A DNA stretch of 64,000 nt from Azolla caroliniana (lineage: Eukaryota > Plantae > Polypodiophyta). The position numbers and the translations under genes were made by a program. Of the stretch, positions 61,881-64,000 are shown piece after piece (position 1 is the stretch's first letter; each line of letters begins with the position of its first letter). The stretch is from positions 11,470,001 to 11,534,000 of the forward strand of contig JBHGNT010000022.1 in the NCBI GenBank assembly GCA_043228905.1, read 5' to 3'. The notes below the pieces were generated by a model, which was given only the letters and a program-made list of their open reading frames with translations, ran no database searches and was not told the origin of the DNA.

Positions 61881-62007
61881 CCTGCTAGCTGGTGCTACCC
61901 GCTGCTTGTGCTTCTCCTGTTCCGCTTCTGGGAATAGGTAATCAGTCGTGGTCGTCGACGTCGACTGCAGAGAAACGAGGGGGCGTGAGGGCAGCGCGGG
62001 GGAGGGG

Positions 62008-62050
62008 AACCCTAACCCTAACCCTAACCCTAACCCTAACCCTAACCCTA
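62008..62050. repeat. (CCCTAA)7 / (TTAGGG)7 telomere-like hexamer tract upstream of the RBP45/47 ATG
   Basis: Seven perfect AACCCT units, ~130-170 bp upstream of the start codon. Confidence 0.9.
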
Positions 62051-62181
62051 AACAGTGGTGGTCTGCTCTTTCTTTTACTTGCTATAAAATCTCTCTCTCT
62101 CTCTCTCTCTAAGGAATGGTGAGCTGCTCTTTCTTTTAAGTTTTACTTCTAAAAAATCTCTCTCTCTCTTTTCTTTTTAAA

Positions 62182-62724
62182 TAGCAATGGACGCAGTTTC
62201 GGCTCGAACCGAACCGAACCGTTAAGCCATGGTTTCACGGTTTATTGGTTCCCCAAAAAAATTAATGGTTTCATTTGGTTTGGATTTTCGATAAACGGTT
62301 CGGCTCGGTTATAAAACTCGGGTTTATGGGTTTGGTTTAAAGGTTTATAGGTTTTTGGTTAACATTTTTTTTACCTTAATAGTTTATTGATCTAATGGTT
62401 TAATTAATGGTTTTTTATTGATTTAATTAATTTAACTTTAAATATTTATTTAATTTAATGGTTCGATTACAGTTTCTTTTATTGATTTAATAAATTTAAC
62501 TTAAATACTTATTTAATTTAATATATTTTTGTTTATTTAGATGTTTAATTAGTTTGATTTGAATGGTTAGGTTAAATTTTTTTATTAAATGGTTCGGTTT
62601 GGTTTCAACTTTTTCTTAAATGGTTTGGTTTAATTATTAAGAGTTCGTAAACGGTTTGGTTTGGTTTTTGTTTTAATAAAAGGTTCGATTTCTTTGCCTT
62701 GAAACCGAACAATGCCCATTGCTA
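62182..62724. mobile_element. AT-rich non-autonomous DNA transposon (hAT-like MITE) in the RBP45/47 promoter
   Basis: TIRs tagcaatggac / gcccattgcta (10/11) and many cggtt/aaccg motifs. No clear TSD. Confidence 0.6.
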
Positions 62725-62999
62725 GATGTTAATATATATATTGCTTTTGTTCTTTCTCTCTCTCTCTCTCTTTCTTCAGTAAATAATGGCTTTCGTTACG
62801 AAAGAAAATCATTTGGAAATGAGGCATCGGTTTGGTTCATTCTTCTCCAGATGAACAAAAAGAAAAACCAATTGAACAAAGAAGATAGGCTTTACTCTCA
62901 AGTTAGAGACATCCACACTAAATTGATACATTTAGTTGATGTTCTCCGGATGAGCCAAACAAAAACAAAAACCAGCTGATGGAAGAAAGATAGGCTTTA

Positions 63000-64000
63000 C
63001 TCCAGTTAGGAGACATCCATCAAGCATGAAAGAAATCGATGCCTGCTTTGTTCCAATAGTAAAAGCTCCAACCAATAACTCTTCGGAATGAATACCATAA
63101 CTCTCCACATGAATACCTTACCTCATAGCATCAATTGAGGACACCAACTCGCCTTCATCGCATCGAAACCTCCATGTAATGAATGGGCTTACGAAAACCC
63201 CCATATCTTTATAACCCTTTCTTCCATCCACTTATGTATGTCAATCAACTTGTGATAAGCACCGTTTGTTGAGATTATAGTCAATCTCCTATTTCTAAGA
63301 CATCCAATCAAGCTCTTGACATCCCCCCCCCCCCCCCACCCAAATCTAAATCAAGATTTGGCTCATACGAAGATAGTAATTCTTGCAACTTATCCCAATA
63401 TCAAGGTATAACCTTTTGGAATACGAAATGTTGATCTTGTTGTTCAAAAGCCTATTAATATTCTTTGTGACACTAACATAGCATCCTTGACTGTTACCAA
63501 ACCCAATCTAGCCATTTGATTAAATTGAAGGTTAAGAAGTTGTTTACATTCCCACCACAACAACCTTGATGTCGCCAAAACCTCTATTTGTAATGAATTG
63601 GTACATCCCCCTTCTCATAGGGGATATCATTGTACAAAATCCAACATACTTTGCCAATATGTCAACAAATACTTAACTATCAAAGACCCTACACATTTGA
63701 CATCCCTTTCAGAATTAATGACATTCCACCAATTAACTTCAATTGTTATGCTTCTAAGCATAATTCATGTATTCTCTATAAAGTATGTCACCATTTCTGT
63801 CTAAGGTTGTACACCCCGCAAATTGACTAGCCACCATATACTCATATAAATTCAATATTGATGCCCCACCAAGAGCTTCAGAGTACAAAATATGATCTCA
63901 TGCCAACCACGACAAGGCACTTTTCCCTTTTCTTATCCATAACAACATTTGCATTGGGTGTGGCACCATTTCAAGAGCTTTGTTACTCCTTAGGGCCGGA
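63000..64000 (-). mobile_element. Degenerate L1-like LINE ORF2 region downstream of RT, runs off window end
   Basis: Minus strand DHILYSEALGGASILNLYEHMVASQF is homologous to NHLAIPKRLGEVGILNLSKHMMAHRF at ~18600. Confidence 0.6.

Overview
Eukaryotic nuclear DNA from a land plant. A fern or other seed-free plant is my inference, from the PLS-type PPR, RTE-rich introns and ALDH22/ACH2-type genes. The dominant feature is a >14 kb head-to-tail tandem array at 1-14034, which continues beyond the left edge. It holds roughly 80 tRNA-Leu(AAG) genes and pseudogenes on the minus strand (estimate from length divided by the ~163-178 bp period). The array shows higher-order repeat structure, D-arm-deleted and anticodon-shifted copies, and a long-spacer version of the unit at its right edge. 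A nest of decayed retroelements follows: an L1-like RT fragment, a 5'-truncated Ty3/gypsy chromovirus with one LTR, and an L1-like LINE whose endonuclease region is replaced by an unexplained 1.5 kb insert. The rest of the window carries four protein-coding genes: a peroxisomal acyl-CoA thioesterase II (ACH2-like, +), ALDH22 (-), a single-exon PLS-class PPR (+), and an RBP45/47-family RNA-binding protein (-) that appears to lack RRM3. hAT-type MITEs, RTE/copia/gypsy remnants and microsatellites are interspersed. Exon coordinates were read by eye and may be off by a few bases.
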